Positions 42,037 through 54,046 of a DNA stretch of 64,000 nucleotides are shown piece after piece. This DNA is from Octopus vulgaris (taxonomy: Eukaryota). Position 1 is the stretch's first letter. Each line of letters starts with the position of its first letter. Under the pieces are notes generated by a model. That model was not told where the DNA came from. It did not search any database and saw nothing but the letters and a program-made list of their open reading frames with translations. The DNA is taken from contig OX597823.1 in NCBI GenBank assembly GCA_951406725.2, positions 19,840,001-19,904,000 on the forward strand, given 5' to 3'. A program made the position numbers and the translations under genes.

Positions 42037-42436
42037 TACTCTTTACTCTTTTACTTGTTTCAGTCATTTGACTGCGGCCATGCTGGAGCACCGCCTTTAG
42101 TCGAGCAAATCGACCCCGGGACTTATTCTTTGTAAGCCCAGTACTTATTCTATCGGTCTCTTTTGCCGAACCGCTAAGTGACGGGGACGTAAACACACCA
42201 GCAATGCTAGGGGGACAAACACAGACACACAAACATATACACACACACTTATATATATATATACATATATACGACAGGCTTCTTTCAGTTTCCGTCTACC
42301 AAATCCACTCACAAGGCATTGGTCGGCCCGGGGCTATAGCAGAAGACACTTGCCCAAGATGCCACGCAGTGGGACTGAACCCGGAACCATGTGGCTGGTT
42401 AGCAAGCTACTTACCACACAGCCACTCCTGCGCCTA
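42037..42436 (-). mobile_element. SINE family C
   Basis: Similar to 31403-31829. Confidence 0.88.
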
Positions 42437-43769
42437 ATTAAATAATTAAATAATTTTTAGATTATACCTTCTGATGAAATTCTGTTTTTAGCTTCTATCA
42501 AAACATTCTATGTTCAAAATTGTTCAAAATTATTGTGGTGTGTAGGATTTGTGCTATATCAAAAATAATTCTATTATTAAACTTATTTTACAAAATATTA
42601 TTATTTGTAAATTTATGCTGTGATGAAAAATCCCGTTTGCATAAAACGATGTTTAACCAAAAGTCGTTCGACAAACATTCTTTTCGATCTAAGGTCATTC
42701 GATGTATTGTACATCGTGACAAAAGTCGTGTAACGGGTAGAGGTAGATTCTTTGGCTCGTCTCAGATCAAAGCCGACTTCAAAGAGAGGTTTAAATTCCG
42801 ATAAAAAAAATTCTCCACAAAAGTATATGGTCTGCTTCTTCTCTCTGTTTGAACATAAAATGCAATCCAGAAAAGATTCCTGAAAATGATAACAAGCATT
42901 CTTCAAGCAACCACGCATGTAAAACCATTTTCAACAGAAACTACGCAAAAACGACATTACATTATCCCAAATATTGAATGTAATTTAATCAGTGCATTTA
43001 TAATTTTATAGTAGGAAAAAGTACTTTCAAATACAATATTTTAAAATTGGTTTTATGATATATTATCAGGCACTTTGGTTTCTTGTTGTCTCTTTCCAAC
43101 CTATTTTCTTATAATTTACGAAGAATTCTGGAAGTCTTCCATCCGCCTGAGCATTTACATATTTTTTAAAATTCTAATCACTTCTTTACTTATAATTTAT
43201 TTACTTTACGCTCTAATATAGCTAAATATAATGTCACACGCAGAATTAATAGGTACTTTAGGGTTTGATCTACTTTTAAAAAATGCTGACATGTGAATAG
43301 ATTACGTGTCCTTTATAAAAAGTTTACTCATGACACTGTGCAGTAATGTAGACTTAATTACCCTAATAATATGGTTTAATCCACACACATTTGATCTTCA
43401 ATTGTACTGAATTCCCTTTGTGTTTTAGATTGTTCCCCCTATGATTGTCGACGAACGAGGATCCCACAACTGCGAAGTGATCACAAAGTACGGTGAAATG
43501 AAGTGTTTTGCTCGAAGCACAACGCACCGCCGGGCCAGGTATCGGAATCAATCATGCGTGTAATACCCTAATCACCTGGCCACGTGGCTTCATGGAAATA
43601 TAATCCTTCAAAGGTAATAATTATTTAAAATTATAATTTAGGGTATCTAAGAGATACCAACACGCTGGAAATAGAAGTAAAAACTTGACTCTAAAACCCC
43701 GTTAATTGTTCATACAGCACCAGGAGAGAAGACAAAGAGAAAATAAACTAGCAAAAAATTACTGGATAA

Positions 43770-43826
43770 TTCCAGATCCCGGATTTCTGACTTTGTATAA
43801 GAAATGCTCTTCCTTCATCAGTGGAA
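43770..43826 (-). ncRNA. Type I hammerhead-like motif with weak stem II
   Basis: Reverse complement: TTCCA-CTGATGA-AGG...GTCA-GAAA-TCC(G)GGA-TC-TGGAA; perfect 5-bp stem I, AUC triplet. Confidence 0.55.
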
Positions 43827-43846
43827 TATACACAGATAGCACATAA

Positions 43847-43927
<81 letters not shown>

Positions 43928-44018
43928 ATATATATATATATATATATATATACAACATACGATATACTTACATATACGAACGTATACATACTTATATATG
44001 CACGTAATCACACGACCA

Positions 44019-44074
<56 letters not shown>

Positions 44075-44359
44075 CAACAATTGAGGGTAAAATTAATTAA
44101 TTATTAATCAATTTCACCAAGTATTCAGTATGTAAAGGGACCATTTAAGGCGAATTCAAAATATTACATTATATAAAAGGGCTTAGTAAAATAAATTACT
44201 TTGCCACATACTGAACTCATTAGAAATAGCAGCTAAAAAAAAATTTTTTTAGCCATTTCTAATACTTAAAGAAAATCTCTCTCAGATAGTGTTTGCTCAA
44301 ACCAACTCACGAAGGTATGGGTGTAAAAACATTAAAAAATCACAAGTGCAAAGGTTATT

Positions 44360-44411
44360 TAAGAACGTACGTTTCTAGATTAGTCAAATCGACATTTCTT
44401 TCGTCAGCTCA
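44360..44411 (-). ncRNA. Type I hammerhead ribozyme (downstream copy)
   Basis: Reverse complement: TGAG-CTGACGA-AAGAAATGTCGATTTGACTAATCTA-GAAA-CGTACG-TT-CTTA. Confidence 0.7.
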
Positions 44412-44920
44412 GAACTCCTTGATTCGGATTTGGGAACACTGAAAGTGGGAGCATACCCTTTTGGCTTCTTATCACCTCCGGAAATCCGCTCGAACTAACA
44501 GTGCTAGCAAATTCAAAATATGCAAGCGAAGAATTTCTGCTCTCCCCTTTCCACCAGCGTGGGTTAAAATTGGCAAACACTATGTTTTATCGGTGAAAAC
44601 CGAAGCAATTAAACAGAGAGAAATGAATTATAATTTCAACAATTGAGGGTAAAATTAATTAATTATTAATCAATTTCACCAAGTATTCAGTATGTAAAGG
44701 GACCATTTAAGGCGAATTCAAAATATTACATTATATAAAAGGGCTTAGTAAAATAAATTACTTTGCCACATACTGAACTCATTAGAAATAGCAGCTAAAA
44801 AAAAATTTTTTAGCCATTTCTAATACTTAAAGAAAATCTCTCTCAGATAGTGTTTGCTCAAACCAACTCACGAAGGTATGGGTGTAAAAACATTAAAAAA
44901 TCACAAGTGCAAAGGTTATT

Positions 44921-44972
44921 TGAGAACGTACGTTTCTAGATTAGTCAAATCGACATTTCTTTCGTCAGCTCA
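44921..44972 (-). ncRNA. Type I hammerhead ribozyme (upstream copy)
   Basis: Reverse complement: TGAG-CTGACGA-AAGA(AAT)GTC(GATTT)GAC(TAA)TCTA-GAAA-CGTACG-TT-CTCA; perfect stem I, palindromic stem III ACGTACGT. Confidence 0.72.
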
Positions 44973-44994
44973 GAACTCCTTGATTCGGATTTGG

Positions 44995-45031
<37 letters not shown>

Positions 45032-45826
45032 CATACACGTACACACATAAACATACATGCATATTTAACAAACAGATTAATTTGATAATGATGAAAGGCT
45101 CCAGAGAAAAAGAAAAGCAGCTTATCGTATGAGTTAATCATCAGTCTTATAGTTGGAAATAGTTGGAAATGGAACCCGTCCATTTCTAAACAAGAAAATG
45201 ACAAAATATAATTGGAAAAATTAGACTAACTTTGTGATCGCCATGTTAATTTAATCAGGCGTCTTGCGTGATTAAGTGTGTAGATAAAAGAGAGGTATAA
45301 TGAGAGGGAGAGAGGGAGAGAAAGAGGGTTTGTGAGTACACTCGAGTGTCCTCTACCATGGTTGATTTTTAAGCTTGTAGCTGTTTAATCATGAGATGTT
45401 TCAGAATGTTCATAGTTGATTATATAGTCTAATTGTCGAAAACAATTCATATTGAACTTAGTCTAACTTAACACATGACTACATATTTTGTCTCTCCATG
45501 ACTGTATTCGACCGATCTCCTGCCTGTTTGTTATTCGCTTTTATAACACTATTTGTAATGCTTTTCATGAGCCATACTCAGGCTTTATCAAAGCTTGACT
45601 GATTTTTCAGTCAGCAATTTTGGATTCATGAGAATTTTTGCTGACGTCATTCAAAGAATTTGAAGTGTACACACTGAATGTCATTGGTTAGATTTTTTCT
45701 TGACGTCATCACTCAATTTGAAAGACCATGTTTGCTAAAACCTGTATGTAAAAAGAATCCAGGTTCAAATCGAGGCATCCCAAATCAAGAATGTGATTCG
45801 AAACGACTCTAACCAATTCTGAAACA

Positions 45827-46195
45827 TGGCGGTATCTCTGTAATGTTATGGGGAGCTGTCACCAGCAATGGTCGTTCTGAGCTGATCGAATGTGTTGGAA
45901 CCATAAACTCTGAAAAATACATCTAAATACTTAAGCAAGGACTACATCCGATGTATTTACACGATAACATAACGAAAAATGAATTTTATTCATGGAAGAT
46001 GGGGCTCCATGTCCCACAGCGAAAAGGAATCAACAATGGCTAACTGAAAATGGGAACAAAAAGCTTCCTTGGTCGAGCCAATCTCCTGACATGAACCCAA
46101 TTGAAAATCTTTGGAGCATACTAGTTAGAGCAATACGAAAAACTCGACCGAAACCTAAATCTAAAGATGAAATTTTTCGATTGTTGCGTGAAAAG
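45827..46195 (+). mobile_element. Tc1-family (DD34E) transposase fragment
   Basis: [11 protein letters not shown]...INSEKYI*IL...FMEDGAPCPTAK...WSSQSPDMNPIENLW. Confidence 0.88.
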
Positions 46196-46207
46196 TGTGT
46201 GTGTATA

Positions 46208-46294
<87 letters not shown>

Positions 46295-46390
46295 ATATAT
46301 ATAACCCATTAACTAATAAAAACAATAAAGGACCGAACCAGTGCGTGTGTTTATTATTACCGGCATAATGCCCCCTCCCAAGGTTCAATA

Positions 46391-46424
<34 letters not shown>

Positions 46425-46442
46425 TATTTGTGCGTGTGTGTG

Positions 46443-46762
46443 AAGGCGCGTGGCTTAGTGGTTAGGGCATTCCGCTCACGATCGTAAGATCGAGAGTTCA
46501 ATTCCCAGCAACGCGCTCTGTCCTTGAGCAAGACACTTTATTTCATGTTGCTCCAGTCCAATCAGCTGGCAAATACGAGTAGTATCTGTGATTCAAAGAG
46601 CCAGCCTCGTCACACTCTGTGTCACGCCGAATATCCCTGAGAACTACGTTAAGGCTACACGTGTCTGTGGAGTGCTCAGCCACTTGCACGTTAATTTCAC
46701 GGGCAAGCTGTTCCGTTGATCGGATCAGCTGGAACCCTCCTCGTCGTAACCGACGGAGTGCT
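46443..46762 (+). mobile_element. SINE with D-like tRNA/CORE head and family B tail
   Basis: GGCGCGTGGCTTAGTGGTTAGGGC...GAGTTCAATTCC...CCTTGAGCAAG...GTAACCGACGGAGTGC. Confidence 0.8.
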
Positions 46763-47002
46763 CAAAAAAGAAAGAAAAAATATATATGCACATATATGCT
46801 TGTATACGTACATATATACTTGTTTATGCAAATATATGTACATATTTATAATTTCATGCATACATACAAACGTACAAACATATATACATACGTACATATA
46901 CATACGCACACAGACACAGACACACACATACACATGCACGCACACACACACAACCACACACACACACACACACTTTATTAATAAAGCTGCAAAGACATTA
47001 CA

Positions 47003-47048
47003 AAAACTGTTACTGAGAGTTTCACATTCCCGTTCGTCGGACAGTTTT
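47003..47048 (-). ncRNA. Hammerhead-like motif with CCGACGA core (homologue of 11884-11940)
   Basis: Reverse complement: AAAACTGT-CCGACGA-AC(GGGAAT)GT-GAAA-CT(CTC)AG-TA-ACAGTTTT. Confidence 0.6.
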
Positions 47049-47059
47049 GGTTGAGAATG

Positions 47060-47109
<50 letters not shown>

Positions 47110-47112
<3 letters not shown>

Positions 47113-47640
47113 AAATAAGAAATTGGAGAAATACATCGAAATCAAATATCAATTACCAGATAATACTCAATCACATACTTTATTAAACCACCACATAAGA
47201 AACTATAAGGTTAAACATAAAAAAGTAGGACAAAACAGTGTACATAAAGGGGTGTATATAAAAGAGTAATGTTATACAATAAGTAGAATATATATAAGAG
47301 AATATAAATATAAGTAAATATAAATATAAACATAGACTACATCTTACAGCTGTTTCGGCCATGCAGATAAGTATGTCTCATTTTACTTATATTAGCCATT
47401 TATAGTAGGTCAATATGTAGTTATAAATGAGACATTTACAAAAATATCGTAAGGCCTCTTCAGAGATTATGTGATACAAATCAGTTTACATATATACTTA
47501 TATGGGTGTGGGTACATACCCATAATAAAACATATACATATACATTTGTATATATATAAGTTGATTATAATTTTAACCTTAAAGGTATTTTAATATGCTG
47601 TCACATTTTTTGATGAAACATTTTTCTGTAAAAAAACTTC
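47110..47640 (-). mobile_element. Non-coding PLE-type (pLTR-like) element next to (TA)n, homologous to ~55900-56440
   Basis: Shared terminus TTTCTCCA(A/T)TTTCTTATTT and shared hammerhead. Confidence 0.6.
47341..47467 (-). ncRNA. Type I hammerhead with about 90-nt structured insert in stem II
   Basis: Reverse complement: ATCT-CTGAAGA-GGCC...GGCC-GAAA-CAGCTG-TA-AGAT; all core nucleotides canonical. Confidence 0.82.
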
Positions 47641-47805
47641 ATCCTATATTAGTAGTATATTTGTATGTGTGTATCTACGTGTGTCCCCCCCCCCACATAT
47701 ATCCATACATGCGTGCGCACACACAAGCACGCATTCACATATATCGCACACGTATATACATACACAATAGATACTATAAAAGAAATCCCTGAAATTAATT
47801 ACGCA

Positions 47806-47970
47806 GACACGCCTTTCGCATGGAAAACAATAGTTAATTTTATGTAAACATATTTAACGTGGTAAGCACTTTCTCATTGAGTAATGCTTTCTAATTATAC
47901 TTCTGATGGTCATTGCTGTAAACGTGTTAACAATAATTTAACTATTGTTTTTCAAGCGGAGGCGTCCGTG
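47806..47970. repeat. Imperfect inverted repeat (MITE relic?)
   Basis: CGCCTTTCGCATGGAAAACAATAGTTAA pairs with TTAACTATTGTTTTTCAAGCGGAGGCG. Confidence 0.55.
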
Positions 47971-48038
47971 AGTAAATAACCTCAATGATTTATTTTTTTT
48001 ACATGTGGAAGCCATTCTTGTTGACATATCTAGTTTTC

Positions 48039-48456
48039 GGATCTTTTCGGTTTGAACGGCAGTTTTTTCTAGCGGTGTCATATGAAATTGTCACCCATAA
48101 TTATGACCCTAGTATCGATCTATTGCATTTCAATCTATTTTAGGGTTAGGGTTAGGGGTAGGGGGAAGGGTATCTTTTTTTCTTCACAAATGTAAATAAA
48201 CCCAATCTGTTTCTTAAACGAGGGACATATTCATACGGCACAGAATGTTTTTTTTAACTCAATAGACGTCAGTGATTGGTTGAAATTGCAGAAATTGAAG
48301 AAAAAAAACAACAAACATCTTACAAACTATAGAATTTTCTCAATAAATCCAAGAGAAAAAGATATTTTATAAACACATTCTACCAGTATACGAAGTTTGA
48401 ATTTTTTTAGTTACCTGGAAATTATGTTAAAAACTGCCGTTCAAACCGAAAGATCC
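48039..48456. mobile_element. MITE with GG...CC termini and 8-bp TSD (Merlin-like), containing TTAGGG repeats
   Basis: TIRs GGATCTTTTCGGTTTGAACGGCAGTTTT and AAAACTGCCGTTCAAACCGAAAGATCC; flanks TAGTTTTC and CAGTTTTC. Confidence 0.8.
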
Positions 48457-48679
48457 CAGTTTTCTACACCATCTTAACGGTTTTCTCATATCTTCTTCGC
48501 AATCTAGCTCGAAGTTTTGTTACTGAGAAAATGGACTGCAATATAAAGATGTTGTGGTGGAACTCTTCAGACAGTTGATGTCAAGAACTGTCACATTAAA
48601 CACACTAGCAAACTGGATTCATTGTCTCTATTACTTGTAGAATAGTAGACGGGCTATAGAATTATTATTAAAACGCCTC

Positions 48680-48759
48680 TATGTACGTATGTATGTATGT
48701 ATGTATGTATGTATGTATGTATGTATGTATGTATGGGTGTGTGTATGTATGTACGTATG

Positions 48760-48793
<34 letters not shown>

Positions 48794-49231
48794 TGTATGT
48801 ATGTATGTATGGGTGTATGTATGGGTGTGTGTATGTATATGTATGTATGTATGTGTGTATGTATGTATGTATGTATGTATGTGTGTATGTATGTATGTAT
48901 GTATGTATGTATGGGTGTGTGTGTGTATGTATGTATGTATGTATGTATGTATGTATGTATGTATGTATGTATGTATGTATGTATGTATGGGTGTGTGTAT
49001 GTATATGTATGTATGTATGGGTGTGTGTATGTATGTATGTATGTATGTATGTATGTATGTATGTATGTATGTATGTATGTATGTATGGGTGTGTGTATGT
49101 ATGTATATGTATGTATGTATGGGTGTGTGTATGTATGTATGTATGTATGTATGTGTGTATGTATGTTTGTATGCGTGTTTGTGCATGCGTGTGTGTAAGC
49201 GTGTGTGCATGTGTGTGTGTTGTTGAGTCTA

Positions 49232-49315
<84 letters not shown>
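48680..49315. repeat. (ATGT)n array followed by (TCTG)n/(TCTA)n
   Basis: Direct inspection. Confidence 0.97.
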
Positions 49316-49834
49316 GCCACTTTCCTCTCTGGTCAATCTCTCATCAACTTCTTCAAGTATCACTTGAAAAGGAAGGTGAGAGTAGAGAAGGAAGTTTTGT
49401 CTTGTGAATGTTTCAAAAAATGATGGGTGAATGTAGCAGGGATGGCACGTGTGAATGACGGAGCCAGTTTGAGCATAATTCTATGAGCCAAAAGAAAACA
49501 AAAGAAAAAACGAAAGGAAAAAAGAGAAAATGTGTTTTCTTTTTGCATGACACTATTGCCCAAGGTTCCCGTGGTCTTTTCCGTAGGCTTTTCTATCCAC
49601 GGACAAACCTAATCTGTTTTCCCTTTTTACATTGACATTTCTGTGATACACGTCCCTATTGATCGGCCCCACTTTTTTTCCACGATCTCTTTTTGATCGG
49701 ACCCCCACCTTTTTTTCATGATCCCTTTTGATCGAAGTTCGCCCGCTCCCTTTCTTCCCATTCTCTTCTTCCCAAAAAGAAAAGCTCTACTTTGTATTTT
49801 GTCCCTTCTGTGTTTAGCAGACAGTTGAATGCTT

Positions 49835-49850
49835 CTCTTTTTTCTCTTTT

Positions 49851-49926
<76 letters not shown>

Positions 49927-49997
49927 TTGTTTGTTTGTTTGCTTGCTTGTTTGCTTCTTTATTTCTTTCCTTTTGTTTCCTTTACCTTCTTTCTTTT

Positions 49998-50032
<35 letters not shown>

Positions 50033-50120
50033 ATTTCTTCCCTCCCTCCCTCTCTCCCTCCTTCCTTCCTTCCTTTCCTTCCTTCCTTCCTTCCTTCCTT
50101 CCCTCCTTTTCTTTCCTTTC

Positions 50121-50178
<58 letters not shown>

Positions 50179-50270
50179 ATTTCTTTCTTTTTTCTATTTC
50201 TTTCTTTCCACCTTTCTTTCTTTCTTCATTTCTTTCTTTCTTTCTTTCTGTCTATCTGTCTGTCTGTGAG
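49835..50270. repeat. (TTTC)n/(TTCC)n polypyrimidine tract
   Basis: Direct inspection. Confidence 0.97.
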
Positions 50271-51210
50271 TCTCTGGAAATTGTTTATGTCAATTGTGTC
50301 CAACTAATAAATTGCAATCTCTCTTCCTCCCTCCTTTCTCACTTTCCCAACCTATTGCGAAAACAGGTTGAATGTCCAGCCAGCCAGCCAGCGAGCCAGC
50401 GAGCCAGCCAGCCAGCGAGCCAGCCAGCGAGCCAGCCAGCCAGCCATGCCAAATCAACAGCGCCCAAACAGCAGCACCCAATCGACTCATTTCAAAGAAA
50501 TTAACACTCAATCTCTTCCACCACTCCACGAACATTCCTGCACTCCTTCATCAACACTCTGTCACCACCCTACCAACGCTAGGCCAATATATCCATCGTT
50601 CCAGTACTCCTAATCCGTACCATGTTGTTCCTTTCGTAATCCACAATAATCGGACTAACAACATCATTAATACATCTACGGTACCTTCTTGGAATACTAC
50701 TTCTAATACCTACTCAAACACCATTCCAACCATTCTGAACATACCACACACTACCCCATTACCACCATCTTCACCACCAATACCATCATCATCATCATCA
50801 GCAGCAGGAGCAGCGTCACCACCACCAACACCTCCATTATCCCATCCTCATCACCAACACCACTAGCAACATCCTCTCCACCACCACCACCACCACCACC
50901 ACCACCACCACCACTACCACCACCACCACCACCACCACCACCACCAACACCAGCACCAGCACCACCACCACCAACAACACCTACAGAAGCAGCAACAACG
51001 ATAACGACGACGACGGCAACCACCAACGCTTCCATCACCACCAACGTCGCCGCCATCGCCACGGCCACTACACCATCGTCCTCTACCTTTGACATTCTCA
51101 TCACATTGAGGCTATCGTATAAGAAATTTTCCCTTCTGATCTGAGGCATTCATTCCCTTTGAGAAAGGTCTCGATGTTTGTGATAGCGGTGGCGGCGGTG
51201 GTGGTTGTAG

Positions 51211-51241
<31 letters not shown>

Positions 51242-51695
51242 CATCATCATCATGGTAGTGGGGAAGTTGGTTGGTATGGTAATAGAAGTAGTGGTGGTGG
51301 CGATGGAGAGTAGTAGCAAAAAAAAAATGGGGATACAGAAGATGATGAAAGGAAACAATGATGGTGATGCTAAAGTAAATAGTGAAGGCGATAAGACTTT
51401 AACTTCTCCACCAGCATCACCAGCAGCAGCACCACTACCACCACCAACACCGGCACCACCACCAACGTCACCACCAGCACCATCACGCCTCACACCGATC
51501 ACAATGATGTCTAATTGATGGCAGATGTAATCCGGAAGAGGTTCATCATCACCGGCTTCTTATACACACAACATCAAAGATATTCTCTTTGAACTAAATT
51601 GTATACATACATGTACACATGTGTTTATATACATACATACTTACATATATATATATACATATATATATACATCCATCCATCCATACATACATATG

Positions 51696-51748
<53 letters not shown>

Positions 51749-51852
51749 GTATATATATTGTTAATTCAAAACATGAACAAGAAGGAAAAAAACAACAACG
51801 CGAGGACGTGGAATAAGTACATTGTTATTGGACGCTCAGGGAAAGAAAAAGA

Positions 51853-51888
51853 ATTTCACGTTTCGAGCGGGGTCTCTTCGTCAGAAAT
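51853..51888 (-). ncRNA. Minimal hammerhead-like motif with canonical core but non-cleavable GUG triplet
   Basis: Reverse complement: ATTT-CTGACGA-A-GAG(ACCCCG)CTC-GAAA-CG-TG-AAAT; the surrounding 51758-51950 is homologous to 17026-17215. Confidence 0.5.
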
Positions 51889-51948
51889 AAAGAAAAACTC
51901 CAAAGAAGGGAAGACGGAGAAAGAACATCGCTAACGATACACACGCGG

Positions 51949-52006
<58 letters not shown>

Positions 52007-52101
52007 ACACACACATACACACGTACACACACACATGTATGTATGTATATATGTATGTATATAAACATGTCTGTTACATTCGCACGAATATATTGGTATG
52101 T

Positions 52102-52486
52102 GGAAGCACTCCGTCGGTTACGACGATGAGGTTCCGGTTGATCCGAATCAACGGAACAGCCTGCTCGTGAAATTAACGTGTAAGTGGCTGAGCACTCCAC
52201 AGACACGTGCACCCTTAACGTAGTTCTCGGGGATATTCAGCGTGTTACAGAGAGTGACAAGGCTGGCCCCTTGAAATACAGGTACAACAGAAACAGGAAG
52301 TAAGAGTGAGAGAAAGTTGTGGTGAAAGAGTACAGCAGGGATCACCACCATTCCCCTGCCGGAGCATCGTGGAGCTTTAGGTGTTTTCGCTCAATAAACA
52401 CTCACAACACCCGGTCTGGGAATCGAAACCGCGATCCTATGACCGTGAGTCCGCTGCCCTAACCACTGGGCCATTGCGCCTCCACT
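52102..52486 (-). mobile_element. SINE family B, full length, with 24-bp TSD
   Basis: ATTCGCACGAATATATTGGTATGT at 52078-52101 and 52487-52510. Confidence 0.92.
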
Positions 52487-53168
52487 ATTCGCACGAATAT
52501 ATTGGTATGTACAAATGTATACACATACATATATAATGTGGGTGTTTGTCTTCCTTCGTAACTCGTTTTAGCTTTGCTTTCTTAACGTCCCCGCTGCATG
52601 TTAACAAGCAGTTCGGCAGAAAAGGGATCCGATAAAATAAGCACCAGACGTAAAATAAATTCTGGGTTCAATTTGATTGGCCAGCCCGGTGGTTCTCAAA
52701 CATTTTTTTTTTTGCTTGGATTAACCCATTGAGCAAAATAAGTAAGTGCTTAGGCCATCAAGGGAAGGAACGGGCACCACAGAAATAAAAAAAAGCCTTA
52801 TCTCCGCCGCCCCTCCCCAAACAGCCTTAAAAAAAAAATTTTTCGATACAAAGCCTATTTTTCGGTTACAGGGATTACGAATCTGCAAAAAAAATAATAA
52901 AATTGGCAAAAATCGACATTTCTAAATTATCTCCATCCCCAACTCCCATTTCCTTCGTTTTTAACTTTTTTCACAATTTTTTTGTTTTCAAAATATACGG
53001 AAAAAATTCGGAGATTATAATTCTGAAAATAATTTCCAAAAATTTTTGTAAAATTTTTTTTAAAGAATTTTTCGTTTTTTCTAAAATATGATTCGGAAAA
53101 AAAATTTCAAAACATTTTTGTACTTAAGATTACTGTTTTAGGGTTAGGGCTAAGAGTTTTAGGGTTAG

Positions 53169-53226
<58 letters not shown>

Positions 53227-53398
53227 CCTTTTACTTACCCTCTTTTACATGTTTCAGTCATTTCACTGTGGCCATGCTGGAGCACCGCCTTTAATGTTCG
53301 GATAAGTTTATATATAGTATATAGACGTGTGTGCGAACTCGGCCCTTTCCTGGTGTCCTGAATGTTAAAATATCCTGATTTAAATGAATCCTACAATG

Positions 53399-53429
<31 letters not shown>

Positions 53430-53605
53430 ATACAAGGAACACAGCTTCCTCTATAGGGGTGGAAACATCCAATTTTTCTCTGGTTTATTTGTTTAATACT
53501 AAATATAGCAGAGAAAACATTTTCACAATTCAAATGGGTATATATTCAATATACAAAAATGAAAATGGAGAATTTACGATTGACTTATTTTAATTTATTA
53601 ACATA

Positions 53606-53664
<59 letters not shown>

Positions 53665-53680
53665 CATTATTATTATTATT

Positions 53681-53716
<36 letters not shown>

Positions 53717-53729
53717 ATTATTATTATTG

Positions 53730-53825
<96 letters not shown>

Positions 53826-53926
53826 GATATATAATACAATATACATGTAAATATTCAATTATTATTGGGTCTGAATCGAAACAATTGTAGGATTATAATA
53901 TTTATATTTATATTCCTTTTCATTCA

Positions 53927-53979
<53 letters not shown>

Positions 53980-54046
53980 TGTTTTTTTTATTAAATATAT
54001 AAATTGTATTTTATATACGCTTAAAGCCTATCCGCTGATAGGAAAG

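Larger units (their letters stand above)
44071..44997 (-). mobile_element. Retrozyme-like element: 1.65 tandem copies of a 561-562-bp non-coding unit, one hammerhead per unit, inserted in (TA)n
   Basis: 44071-44436 and 44633-44997 are near-identical direct repeats; (TA)n on both sides; no ORF. Confidence 0.8.

Noticed and set aside
41810-42740. Foldback element with ~15-bp periodic subterminal repeats around a SINE
   Set aside because: Periodicity is suggestive, but the arms are too diverged to define TIRs or a TSD by eye
49792-50504. Phe/Leu/Ser-rich membrane-like ORFs
   Set aside because: (TTTC)n microsatellite translation
53135-53170. Telomere
   Set aside because: Only a few degenerate TTAGGG units inside an interspersed element
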